A stretch of 63,281 bases of DNA, filler included, from Rhabdomonas costata (lineage: Eukaryota), in NCBI GenBank assembly GCA_019059605.1. It is 42 parts of 42 records of this genome, joined end to end, with 100 filler letters (N's around TTAATTAATTAA, not from the genome) between each part and the next. Parts side by side here need not be neighbours in the genome. Positions count along the whole stretch, not along the records: positions 22,726 to 24,141 come from JAHMHO010016587.1; positions 24,242 to 25,657 come from JAHMHO010016588.1; positions 25,758 to 27,172 come from JAHMHO010016589.1; positions 27,273 to 28,687 come from JAHMHO010016590.1; positions 28,788 to 30,202 come from JAHMHO010016591.1; positions 30,303 to 31,463 come from JAHMHO010016592.1; positions 31,564 to 32,978 come from JAHMHO010016593.1; positions 33,079 to 34,494 come from JAHMHO010016594.1; 34 more parts are not named here. One strand, given 5' to 3'. Below are positions 24,134-35,882 of the stretch, one piece after another. Position 1 is the stretch's first letter. Each line of letters opens with the position of its first letter. The position numbers and the translations under genes are program-made. The notes below the pieces were generated by a model, which did no database searches, had not been told where the DNA came from, and worked only from the letters and a program-made list of their open reading frames with translations.

Positions 24134-25148
24134 ACCCAACCNNNNNNNNNNNNNNNNNNNNNNNNNNNNNNNNNNNNNNNNNNNNTTAATTAATTAANNN
24201 NNNNNNNNNNNNNNNNNNNNNNNNNNNNNNNNNNNNNNNNNTGTTGTGGGTGGACGTTGTCGCTCTTTCCTCAGCCGATGCTGATACTGACCGGCAGAGC
24301 AGCTCTACTTCTGGCGATGCAGGTTTCCATTCACTGCCCGATGAAAAGTGGGGGAGTGGGGTGGAATGGAGAGAGGAATATTTGGGTTCTCATACTCCCT
24401 CTACCTTTCGGCTGCCTTCTTCATCGTTGAATAGACCCCTTCACTCTGCTTGTTTCCGGTCGCTTCTTCTTTTCCCAAAGAGAATTTTAAGTGTTATTGG
24501 CTGTTTTTTTTCGTGTTCCTCCTTGAACGTCATCCTTTTATGATGCAGGCGCAATGGTTGTTTTTTTGTGGGTGTTGGGAATGACAGAGCTTCACCGCCT
24601 GGCCGTTGCTGTTCACCAGTTTGAGGCCGACAGGTTTCGAGCTCCCGCTCCCGCTCCCCATCCATTCGCACTCACACGTATGCCGCTCAAGAACGTCACA
24701 GGTTGTTTCCTGCTTCACGAGTTTGATCGAGTAATAGTCTCACCCACACGATTTGTATTTTCAATTGGTTTAATGGTTTAGCAGTGTCTTCCAGTGATGA
24801 ATGTCTTCCGAAGTATTCTTTCTCATTCCTGTCACTTTTCATCGCCGCTTGTGCTGCTGTTTTGCTGTTTTGGGCTGTTTTTATGATGCCTTCACTGTAT
24901 CCCCTGTTCCGCCACCTTGTCGCTGCTGCTCTGCTTGCAGGTCTTTTCCCAAAGAGGCGCATCGTGACCTGTGCGACGCAGTTGTCCTCTTGCGAAGCGG
25001 TGCAGTGTTCTGTTCTGAAAGGGGAGTGGGCGGGGAACCGAAACGGTTTCTGTGTGAGCTCTTTATTTCGTGCCTCCACTTCTGGAATGGAATCACATGC
25101 ATGCTGAGGATGCGAGTGATTGAGTCAAAAACACTAGGGTCTATGGAA

Positions 25149-25234
25149 ATACTCATTCTTCTATATTGTAGTATATAGAAGTAGTATATTCTTATACTAT
25201 ACAGAATATACTACTTCTATATACTCATTCTTCT
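25149..25234. repeat. AT-rich 23-bp perfect hairpin bracketed by a 14-bp direct repeat
   Basis: Arms 25170-25192 and 25203-25225. ATACTCATTCTTCT occurs at 25149 and 25221. Confidence 0.9.
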
Positions 25235-25757
25235 CAGCTATTTCATGGTGTATCGTCCGGCCTGTGTCTGTTGATACCTTCAATTCTGCACTTTTCCTCG
25301 GTCGAACCTCTAGACGATTCTATGTGGGATGGGGCGGGCAGGCGCGTTTTCCTCTGTTGGAGCTACGCGAGTGGCTGAGGAGGTCACCCACACGTCTCTG
25401 CGAGATGACCTTTTCCTTGCTAGCCCAAGGTGCACCTTCAACGCTATCCTTGAGACGACGCCCGCTCAATTGGTACTTATGTTCTCTGTGGGTTGGGTCT
25501 TTCATCCTTTGTTGGATTTGCATGACCCAACACAAGGAGAAGACTTCTTTGTCGGTCGCAGATGAAATGGGGCAAGGACATCCTTCCAAAGTCATCAGCT
25601 TGTTGCAGTTGAACATGCGCCCGAAGCACACAGTAAATGGCCTCTCCCCCAACCCCCNNNNNNNNNNNNNNNNNNNNNNNNNNNNNNNNNNNNNNNNNNN
25701 NTTAATTAATTAANNNNNNNNNNNNNNNNNNNNNNNNNNNNNNNNNNNNNNNNNNNN

Positions 25758-26531
25758 GCCATTCTCAGAAGCGCTGTGAAGAGGAGAAGAGCCATCCTTC
25801 GCGACCATGTTTACATCTGCGTGGCTGTGCAACAGCAGCTCGGCAAGCTCACGATGACCTTCTTGAGTCGCAATATAAAGTGGAGAAACGCCATCCTTCA
25901 TGGCTTGGTTGACATCGGCCTGGTTGCTCAGCAGCGCCTCCGCAAGATCACAGCGGCCCGTGAAGGAAGCAATCAAAAGCGGAGAGCCGCCATCTTTTGC
26001 AACCTGGCTGATGTCTGCCCGATGATGCAGCAGGAGCTCAGCAACTTCGCGGTGGCCGTATTGAGAGGCAATGTATATAGGAGACACGCCATCGCTCTGG
26101 GGCTGGTTGACGTCCGCCTGTTGCAGCAACAACAGCTGAGCAAGCGCATAATGTCCGTTTTGGCAGGAAACAAAAAGAGGGGTGATGCCATTTTCATTGC
26201 ACTGGTTGACGTCCGCCTGGCCTCGAAGCAGAAGCTCCGCAACCTCAAGCTGCCCGTTCTCCGATGCCACCCAAAGAGCGGAGCAGCCATTTGAGGTGAA
26301 AGGGATAGAGACCCGAACTGTATGCGCCTTCGCCAGCATTTCCCGCAACATCTCCCGCGAGGGAAGCGCCTCAAAGGTCCCTTCAAGCACGACGTGGCGG
26401 AGGTGAGCCAGGGCGTACCACTGCCGGCACACCCCACACACAGACCGGTGACTGCGGGCAAAGCTGAGGATGGTTTTCAGGCAGTCCACGGGGAATCCGG
26501 AGCCGAGGCGGGAACCGCCTAGAGATAGCAT
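25758..26531 (-). CDS. F-box-like plus ankyrin-repeat protein, intronless over the visible part, 3'-truncated
   Basis: ATG 26531. FPVDCLKTILSF....VCGVCRQW is F-box-like. Five full 33-aa G.SPL..A...G...A.LLL...ADVN repeats follow, plus the start of a sixth. Confidence 0.9.
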
Positions 26532-26747
26532 TGCTCGGACTGGGAACTGATGATTCGGATCGGATTGCTTGGTGAAGATAGTTGAGGGACTGCTGAGTTG
26601 CTTTCGGCTGTGGGACCAGACAGGCGACAGAAGTAGAAGAGAGAGCAAAAGCTAAAGCGAGGCAGGGGGACTGCAAGTGAAATATGCAAAGATCTAATTG
26701 GTAATGTGGACAAATGCTAAATCCTCAGCTGTGAAGTGGTGGAGCTG

Positions 26748-26816
26748 GGTAAATATTAGCAGTGGATGGCAAATGGTAAATATTAGCAGTGGATGGTAAA
26801 TATTAGCAGTGGATGG
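26748..26816. repeat. Three copies of GGTAAATATTAGCAGTGGAT
   Basis: Copies at 26748, 26775 and 26795, upstream of the F-box-ankyrin gene. Confidence 0.9.
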
Positions 26817-27591
26817 CCTGATCCTCTCAGAAACAACACGAACTACAGTAATCTTCAAAAGTTAGCGGCCCAAGTTCCCCAAGAATGGCAAAGTGTTCGG
26901 AAAAGGACAGGGCCGACCATATCACCCAGAGATCTTGCAAAACACTTTTAGAAGGTCGCATATTAGAAACCGTCTCAACAGCTCCCAGGGGACGGCCCAT
27001 TCCTGCCTATGTTCCACGGCAAATCCAACCTTTGCGAAGCCAAGTCATTGCAGTACAATCTGCAACACTCTGTATGCGTCTGATTGAGTGAGTGTGCTGC
27101 TCAAGAGGGGACATCCACGGCCATCGGCAGCTGCAACCCAGCCGCCTCGGGCGGAATCCCGTGCCCGCTCACNNNNNNNNNNNNNNNNNNNNNNNNNNNN
27201 NNNNNNNNNNNNNNNNTTAATTAATTAANNNNNNNNNNNNNNNNNNNNNNNNNNNNNNNNNNNNNNNNNNNNTTGCTTCCGTCACAGCCAACCTGCTAGG
27301 GGCTTTCACCTTGACGAAAACACCTCAAAAACACCTCAAAAACTTTGCGAAAACTTGCACAACAGGTCTAAACAGGGACCGGCTCAGAGAGGGCTAAGCC
27401 GAAGCAAGCCTGGGGTGATATATACACAGCAGGCCTCCCGAAATCCCGTGTGGCCGGTACTTGGGGTCCGGGATTTCATGACCATTGCACAGCAGTTGCA
27501 CTCCCGGCAGCTGTTCACGTAAATGTGCCCACGCTGTTTATGACAAAAAATAATAGCACAATTGCAAACCACACAGAGATGTCGTGCATAC

Positions 27592-28302
27592 TTCGGAGTT
27601 TCCGCTGAGGTTGACCTCCTGCACCCACATGTTCCCGGCCAAAGCCCGGCACAGCAGCCTCACCGTGTTAACCGTGCAGTGGTTGGAGCGGTCCGCGCTC
27701 AGGTCCACAAGCTTAGACGATAAGGTTGACATATCACAGTAAAGGAGAGAAGAAAGAGATTGAAAAAACACTGGGAGTGTCTGCCATTCGATGAGAGCCA
27801 ACCTATGGTTGACCCAAACCAAATAAGCATCATGGTCATTCTATATTCGGGTTGACTGCATTGACCGCCAACAATGTCTGCTCAAGTTCGTGCTCAGGTC
27901 CCAATTCCTCGCAATTCTTCGCAAAAAAATGCAGTGAAATTTTCGGCGAATGGAAGTCAAGGAGGAGAGTGTGTAAAGAACGTAAAAAATCTGCACGAAA
28001 AGTCCACACCGTATAGCCAGGATCGTTCTCGGCCAAGTGAGGGGCCAACATTTTGAACGTCATTGGCTCTGCACACGAGCAGGTGAGCACCAAGAACCTC
28101 AGAACACCTCAAACTGGAACCCAATGGTGCCGCTAAGGCACAAAAAAAATCTTGTCGTGGGGGTGAGGAAACCTTTGTTCAAAGCCACAGCAGCATTCAG
28201 CTGAGCTTCCACCTCCGGGGTAAGCCTGTTTTGCTTCAGCTCCAGGCGCTGGATAGTATGGTTCACCTTCAGTGCGTTCAAAAAATAAGCTGCACCTTCG
28301 TC
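27592..28302 (-). CDS. Ribonuclease-inhibitor/tropomodulin-type LRR protein, three exons
   Basis: Exons 28302-28173 (GAAYFLNALKVNHTIQRLELKQN), 28068-28010 (LAENDPGYT) and 27711-27592 (LCRALAGNMWVQEVNLSGN) join in frame with GT-AG boundaries. Confidence 0.85.
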
Positions 28303-28923
28303 CTGAGAAAGATAAAAAACCACCACATTTTGACGTTTCCCGCAAATACGTGCTGCTGTCTTGTTCTCTTTCTTGTCAACGTTTTCTTCGGACCTTTTTT
28401 CCAACACTCGACACAGCAGCACTTTTCTGCCACGGCCCCGTGCCCCGTGTGGTCGTGCAATAACAAAATGTCTGTGTGGCTACATTCTCTTGCCCATGCG
28501 GGAAACGGAAGTTTCCGAAGGAAACAAGAAATTGCCCCAATTGATGTTCTCTGATGATGAAGCATGCCTTCCGTTTGTGCTTTGCTTCACAAATTTCGCA
28601 AAACGGATCGACATTGTGGTAATGACTGGCCCTAAATCTAGAATTCCGAAATGCTCAGAAAACAGCGGAAAGCAGCAAAAAAACAAANNNNNNNNNNNNN
28701 NNNNNNNNNNNNNNNNNNNNNNNNNNNNNNNTTAATTAATTAANNNNNNNNNNNNNNNNNNNNNNNNNNNNNNNNNNNNNNNNNNNNTTGTGGTGTTATT
28801 TAGTATGTAACCTTTTCTACTGTATTACAACCTTTTGTTTTGTGCTTTTTTCGGGGGGGTGGCTCCCTGTTTCCCGTGCTGTTACACCATTTTGATTTTA
28901 ACACCGTTGACCCGCACAATTAG

Positions 28924-30004
28924 GTGCGGGTGACGGACTACCGCAAGGGAGTCGCCCATCGGCTACGCGTCACGCAGCAGTCCCGAGCGGCGCTGATCGT
29001 GAACTGCCTGTTCTTCAACGACCCCGCGCAGACCTTGAGGGACTGGAGGAAGAGGCCGATCTTGTACGACCACCCGGCCTTCAAGCTCTTCCCTAGGTCG
29101 CATTGGCCTGCTTTAGAGTGGTTTGTATGCAGTACAACCTTCGTTGGGGCCCATTTTAATACTAACACTAACCCTGGGTGTCATTATTTCGCGGTGTGTC
29201 GGCATTTCTGAACACCCGCGCCCTGAGATCATTGGACACGAAGGAAGGACGAAGGACCCACGCCTTGAGTGATTTGTTCTGTTCAGGTGGAATCCGGGCC
29301 AGGTGCTTAGCCTGCCCCAAATCAAGTCCCGAACATTCGAGGCAGCAATGTGCGGTGCTCTAATGTTGGTCTACAACGACGGGATGAATGTGATTGAGAT
29401 GTTCTACGAGCCAGGTGGGGGTTGCGCTCAGTGTGACAGCTGCGTTTTAGCGATAGGCCAGCCCTGCTCTTCAAAAATGAAGTGAGCCAGAAAGGAATCA
29501 TCGCCAAGCTTGGCCTCCTCCCGTATTGGGTTTTGAATGTTTGCAACGTTTTTATGGCATTGAGGGGGAAAGCAAAATCTTTTTAAGTGATTGGACTCCA
29601 CGATCCCCACTCATTGCACCGCCACTGCTTTCCATTGGCAGCGGTGCGGAATTGCTGCATGCATTGATCCCAGCTTTCTTCATTTTCGTGAAGCTTTTTC
29701 TTAATCGCTTTTGGCATGTCTCTTGAAAAGCTTTTGGCATGTCTCTTGAAACGCTGTGCATTGTACGTAGCTGGTAGTACTGGGGTGTGTTTGTCATCAT
29801 TTTGCAGAGAAGGAATTCGTGTACTGGCACAACACCTCCGACCTTCTGCTGCGGATGCGGGACGTCCTTGCCCGGCCTCAATTTTACCAGCCCATCGCCT
29901 GGCGAGCCTACAACAAGACTCGCGCCTTATACACCACGGAGAACTGGGTACGGCTGCTGATGCAGCCCTTTGTCGAGGCCAGCCGCCGCCATCGCTCCGC
30001 CTGA
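28924..30004 (+). CDS. CgeB-like (Glyco_trans_1_2-type) glycosyltransferase, last three exons
   Basis: Exons 28924-29096, 29287-29414 and 29808-30004 give KSRTFEAAMCGALMLV....IEMFYEP.KEFVYW....DL.......L....IA..AY.....YT. Confidence 0.8.
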
Positions 30005-30302
30005 GAAAAGATTGCTGGTTGTCTTTGGAGCATTCCACTACCGCAAGCACCTTCAGCGACCTAAATGACCGCAGCCCATGGCAAATGCACCACCGGTTCA
30101 GGTTCCAAGCCATGCATTCCGGTTCAGGGGAAGAGTTGCAACAAGTGCGGAGGCGGCTCCGCGGTCTAACTGCGGGCGTCACGCCCAGAGGCCATGTTGC
30201 CTNNNNNNNNNNNNNNNNNNNNNNNNNNNNNNNNNNNNNNNNNNNNTTAATTAATTAANNNNNNNNNNNNNNNNNNNNNNNNNNNNNNNNNNNNNNNNNN
30301 NN

Positions 30303-31460
30303 CCACACACACACGCGGTTCCTTGTCTTGAAGGTGCGTCTCCATCAACGTTATCTCCCTCCCTGTTTCTTCTCTTTTTGCAATTCGGTGGGCCCTCCAC
30401 ATGCTGCCTACGCAATAATAACTCCTTCTCAGTAAACTGCAATATTCTGGGAACCCGAGCAAAGTCACCGAAATCCATCAGATGTCCGCCGCTACAACAA
30501 CGTCAAACAAACCGTTTCATAATTCCATAACCTCAATGCAGTTCTTCGCCCCACCCCCAAGGACGAGACCCAATGCAACCGAAAAGGGTAACTGGACTGC
30601 TCCTAAGCTCTCACATTCGAAGCATTAGCCCCCTTTTCTATAAATCACACACGTTTTTTTTTTTCCAAAACCATATCCCCGAGGACCACAACTTTCTGAA
30701 ACCTGCCTGAAACCTACCTTTCAAGGATTTTTTTAACTGGGGAGGGGGGAGGCAAAGCTGAGCATTCGCCAATGGAACCCTGGGCGAGTCACCTCACTAC
30801 ATACTGGCAAAGGATGGAGGAGGCGATTCGAAAATCCCGGTGGAGGAAGGCCTTCACCGCGCTGGAGTACAGCTCCGCCGCTCTGGCCTCCGAGGGGTCC
30901 ACCTCAGAAGTGAAGCCCAGAACTTCATACACCTCCACGCCCTGGGTCTTGCCCTTCACCGCGACGCGGCCCAGGAGCCGGCACACAAAGGTGGCATCCA
31001 CGTCATCACTGTGATAGACCTGTCGCGCGTGAGACGTCCAAGAAGCATATAACCATCACAGTGCTATGTAGCACATTTCACAGTGCTCAACCAACTCCCG
31101 GCATGACGTCCATCCGAACTTCATCTGAACAACCGATCAGAAGATCGCGCTTTCTTTGGCGCCATTTAATCGCGAAAAAACAGTAGAAATTCGTACATGG
31201 TACATGAATCGGCATGCAACAAAAAAAGCACACTGCGAACTTCGAAAGATGGCACCGCCCTCTTACCTGAGCGGAGATCATCACGGAAGTTCCGTACTTC
31301 TTGTTGAGCCCCTCCAGACGGGAGGCCAAGTTGACGGGGTCTCCTGGGTGCGTAGGCAGCATGTGGAGGGCCCACCGAATTGCAAAAAGAGAAGAAACAG
31401 GGAGGGAGATAACGTTGATGGAGACGCACCTTCAGGACAAGGAACCGCGTGTGTGTGTGG
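30303..31460. repeat. 112-bp inverted repeat at both contig ends (1 mismatch)
   Basis: 30303-30414 is the reverse complement of 31349-31460. Confidence 0.95.
30793..31343 (-). CDS. Class III adenylate/guanylate cyclase, C-terminal catalytic exons
   Basis: Exon 31343-31267 GDPVNLASRLEGLNKKYGTSVMIS; exon 31019-30793 CRLLGRVAVKGKTQGVEVYEV. Confidence 0.93.
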
Positions 31461-31789
31461 GGTNNNNNNNNNNNNNNNNNNNNNNNNNNNNNNNNNNNNN
31501 NNNNNNNTTAATTAATTAANNNNNNNNNNNNNNNNNNNNNNNNNNNNNNNNNNNNNNNNNNNNCGTCCCAACGGTGCACGGAAGGCGACATAGCGACATG
31601 GTTTTTTCTCATGGCATTAAAATTTATGGAGTGTTTCAGGAATTTTTCAGCCTTTTTGGGAGATTAAACCACGTTATGAGTGTGACATTATCTCTCCTTT
31701 GAGGTTCCGTGGCCTGTTCTTGCGTAATTATCGTTTCAGCAGTTACTCCCACGCATAGCGCGACCCGCGCATATATTGCTTCTTCTCAG

Positions 31790-32968
31790 CGAGTGCTGTT
31801 CCAGCAGCACCGGCTGGTGCGCCAGCTCCTGGTGCAGTTCCAGGGCGTGGAGCTGGGGTGTCATGCGGACCACTTCGTGCTGCTGTTCCCGACCCACATC
31901 GACGGCGCGGGTTTCGCAGTCGCCTTTCTGGAACACGCCGTGCGAAGCAAGTGGGGAGAGGCCGCCGCGGAGGAGGAGGAGGAGGGCATGGAGTCACCTT
32001 TTGGATCGGCCCAGCAAGCCCTGAATACTGGGTTGGTGCTCCCTGCGTTTTTGCTGCATAACGGACCATGTATCGCCATGGACGCGTTGGTTTCACCCAC
32101 CCAGCAGAATGGTCAATGTTCGTCGCTTGCCAAGGTTTCCACCTGCGAAGGAACTCCAAGCTATAAAACCCAGTTGAAATGCCTCATTTTACCTTTCGCT
32201 GCGCTTCAACCCTGTTTTTTTTTCGAGCATCAATACTGTCTTAACATGGCTCTTGGGGTCAACAGAGCATTTCCAAAGGTTCTTGTGAACCCTACTTTAT
32301 ACGCAACTATTCCACGTGGGTGATTACATTTGGGGAGGAATACCTTTTTTCCCACACAAAAACCTGTCTGCAGTCAACAAAAAGTGGTAGTGTTTTGTCA
32401 CAAAACCCAAGCATCCAAACGTGGGCGAAATCCTGGTGTTCACAGCGATGCCTGAAATGGTACTCCGAGTTTGCATCCGTAGTAGTGCTGTTTTCTTTCA
32501 AGGGAATGGTTTTGCGTTTCCTTTTTCTCACCATTTCATCCTTTGTGCCGAATTGAAACATCATATGCGCCTTGGCTTTGTCCACAGGCACGTTTCCATG
32601 GCCTCAATCCCTGTAAGCGAAGGGAAAGAGTCTGCAGCTGGGGATGAGCCCCCATCTGACGACATGCTGTGGAACGGGCCCATGTTTCGGGTCACTGCAG
32701 TGAGCGCCGAATCTGACGATGACTTGCAGGTGCGCGGTGGACCCTTTCACTGCCTGCGCTGCCCTCTTTGACATTTTGATGTCGACGCAGCTGACTCTTG
32801 TGGTGCCATTCCCAGCTTAACTAACGTCAATTGTCACTTTTCGTGGTTCTTGGTTCTTGTACATTGCAGGTTCAGATGGATGCGGACCAGACTGTGGTTC
32901 TGGGGTGCTGCGGGCCTGCTCTGGCCCGTGCACTGCGGCTGCACCACCTGTGTGCCGGCGGAGAGGCT
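31790..32968 (+). CDS. Degenerate (probably catalytically inactive) class III cyclase domain, three exons
   Basis: Exons 31790-31992 (HRLVRQLL..FQGVELGCHADHFVLLF), 32588-32729 (LWNGPMFRV) and from 32870 (GPALARALRL...AGGE) follow cyclase motif order and join in frame. Confidence 0.7.
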
Positions 32969-33402
32969 AACACACAACNNNNNNNNNNNNNNNNNNNNNN
33001 NNNNNNNNNNNNNNNNNNNNNNTTAATTAATTAANNNNNNNNNNNNNNNNNNNNNNNNNNNNNNNNNNNNNNNNNNNNGGTTTGTGGTTGGAGTTTCGAC
33101 ACCCGGCGGAGGGGTTGGGTCATTAGCAAGACACCAACTCCACCTGCCTTGGGCGCTCTTTGTCCGGTTCTTTGCAACTATGGGGTTGATGTCGGCTTTT
33201 CGCGGGGACCTTCACATCTGAACTCGGAGGAATGGTTGAGTTCTACGGGCTCTGCGATGGAATGTACGAGGTGTGAGATGACAGGGTGATGGGTGAACAG
33301 GGGCCGTAGTTTAGGAGGGGGAATAATGAGAGGATGACAGAGTGTCAGTGACGTGAAAGCGGTGAACTGTGAGTTGAGTAACTGAATGATCTGATATCTT
33401 CC

Positions 33403-33453
33403 TGAGAGAGAGAGAGTGTGTGTGTGTGTGTGTGTGAGTGAGTGAGTGAGTGA
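33403..33453. repeat. Compound microsatellite (GA)n(GT)n(GAGT)n
   Basis: Seen directly. Confidence 0.9.
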
Positions 33454-34222
33454 GGACTACAGCGGTCGACAAACCACTACCCTTTTATCACGATGGTTGA
33501 AATATAAAAAGAAGACCACGGAGGTCGGGCTCAACACCTTTGCCCCAGAGACATCCGGCTTCACGGCCGAGCCTGGGGGCTGGTTGACCTGCACAACCCC
33601 AGCTGCAGGAGATCCTTTGGCAGCCAGGTCGCCCGCCGCTTGGACGCCCTCGGACATAACGGGGACCACGCCCCCGCCGACTCGACTTCGTGACCTCAAC
33701 ACCCCGCGCCCCGTCCCGAAACAAAGTTTGCAGAACTGGTGGAAAAAAGCTATGAAACGTGGCGTGGTGGAAAAAGATTTGCGCCGTTAGGCACTTGCAC
33801 ATCACCAAAAGTGTCCCCTTCCCCTCTCCTTGCAGGATATTGATAAACGACAATGACAGAGAAAAGAAATTAACATTCAATACGTTGTAGTTGTTGTGTT
33901 AAACCTTCCGCTACGTGAGGAAAAAAGCGGCAGCGAAAGGGAAAAGAAAGAGCCACCCAGGGAGCCCCATAAATGGCAGAGGAGGAAGTTCAGGAACCCC
34001 CAACCCCGAGGACCAGCCACGGAGCATTCAGGGAGGCCTGCTTTTTGTTCAAAAGACCCCATGCCTGCTTTTGACTCAGCCCTTTTTCATTCATTCTCGA
34101 GATATCCGCAACGTTTGGAAAAGAAGAAGAGTATTTCAGCAATGATGGGGAAGGCAGCCACTCTTTCCATCCCAGTTTGCTCCTTCCATGTGCACACACT
34201 TTGGACTGGGCTGTCCCCCCAG

Positions 34223-34385
34223 CCCACTTCGCGAGGGGGAGATCTCGTGCATCGGGGAGGACGAGGCCAAAGAGAGGTGCGGCGACGCAACCGCGGGCAG
34301 CCCTCCAGGAACAATGCTGGCCGAAATATTCCCAGGTGGGCAGCCGGAGCACGCTTCCTATGAAATGAGGGAGAGCTGGAGGAAG
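34223..34385 (+). CDS. Putative internal exon, unknown protein
   Basis: CCCCCAG acceptor, open frame PLREGEISCIGEDE...ESWRK, and a strong AAG|GTAAGT donor. Confidence 0.5.
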
Positions 34386-34640
34386 GTAAGTGTGCAAACC
34401 GCAACAACCGTGCAGTTTCCGAGCAGAGGTAGGCTGCAACTTGCTCCCTGTGGATTTACGTGACTCAACCCTGCTCTCGGGAAACCCCCCACCCNNNNNN
34501 NNNNNNNNNNNNNNNNNNNNNNNNNNNNNNNNNNNNNNTTAATTAATTAANNNNNNNNNNNNNNNNNNNNNNNNNNNNNNNNNNNNNNNNNNNNGTTTGG
34601 TGCACGCTGTGATGTTCAAGGTGCTCTTGGTGCCTCTCAG

Positions 34641-35882
34641 ATCGAGCACACCACCTTCCGCCGCAGCGTCAGCAGCGGGATCCTCACCCAGAGAGGCACC
34701 AAGAGCACCTTGAACATCACAGCGTGCACCTTCCAGGAGAACAAGGCACCCCCTCCTTTAGTACCCAACCTCCCGTATGTTCGTTGCCTTAATTGCATAC
34801 CCGCAGAACGCATGCATTCTCAAACACAAAACTACACACTCCCAAGCTGAAAACGAACCCTTCTTCTCTCACCCTTTGCAGGTTGTGCCCCTGTCAAAGT
34901 TCTTTATCCTTTTTCTTCACTGTGGAAAGTAAAAACTCTGAGCGCTTCTCCCATCTCTGATGAACCGAGTTGGACAACTGAAATCTCTCCTTTCACCCCA
35001 TCCTCCTCTCTCGAAACGCCAATCACTCCAGTCACGCATATGAGATTGGTTGGCTCAGCTCAGAGTTTACCCCTTCCATCCTCACTTTCACGCCCTCCGC
35101 TCAGGTCAACGACGAGCCCTGGGGCAGTGTGACGTACTCCAAGAGGGCGAAGTCCACCACAGGGGACGAGTTCGACTTCGACAGCGGCATTGCGTACGCC
35201 GTGTTCGAGGGCGGCGGCGCCAGCAAGCCCGGGAAGGAGGGAAAGCAGGCCAGCCCCAGCCACCGCGCCATGTTTGTGGTGCGGCCCTTTCGAAAGGAAA
35301 AGAGGCCTGGAGGTGGGGGCATTGAGTGAGGCAGTAAGGGACCGAACCAGCGCTGCTGGGTTCGAAGTCGGATTTTTAATCCAGAGCTGGGAGGGGGGGT
35401 TTCTGCGCAAACGTTGCGTTGTTTCATCTTTAGATCCCTGTGGGCGTTTTTCTCTCCTCAGTTGTAATGGCGCATTTGGAGCCCAATGGGGCATTCAATT
35501 CCCATCGCCTCCCCCCCTTCCCGTACACGCACGCGCAGACGGTGGAAAAAAGCAGTTACGTGACAAAGGCCCGGGACCCGAGGGGCAGAAATGAGGATAC
35601 CCCATGTGGAACGAACGGTGGTGAGCCGGTACCCCACCTCTCATGAGCTCCACCCAGAGAGAGTCAACAGCGCGTGAGCCCGTCAGTCCACAGCGCGCTC
35701 TGGTCCCAATACACACCCACACCCATCCGCACAGATGCACGCACGCAAACTCTCAGGTGAATGGGCCCAGCCTTCAGATCGAGCACACCACCTTCCGCCG
35801 CAGCGTCAGCAGCGGGATCCTCACCCAGAGAGGCACCAAGAGCACCTTGAACATCACGGCGTGCACCTTCCAGGAGAACAAG
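34641..35882 (+). CDS. Probable parallel beta-helix repeat protein, three exons including a duplicated exon
   Basis: Exons 34641-34745, 35105-35278 and 35757-35882, all phase 0. IEHTTFRRSVSSGILTQRGTKSTLNITACTFQENK occurs twice; I..xTF..N is a beta-helix-type pattern. Confidence 0.7.

Noticed and set aside
24440-25650. Possible decayed non-LTR retrotransposon on the minus strand
   Set aside because: Only vague resemblance across many stops, with no diagnostic QG/YADD motif.
34957-34983. CTGATGA...GAAA hammerhead-like core
   Set aside because: Stem II does not close directly on the core, and I could not form stems I and III.
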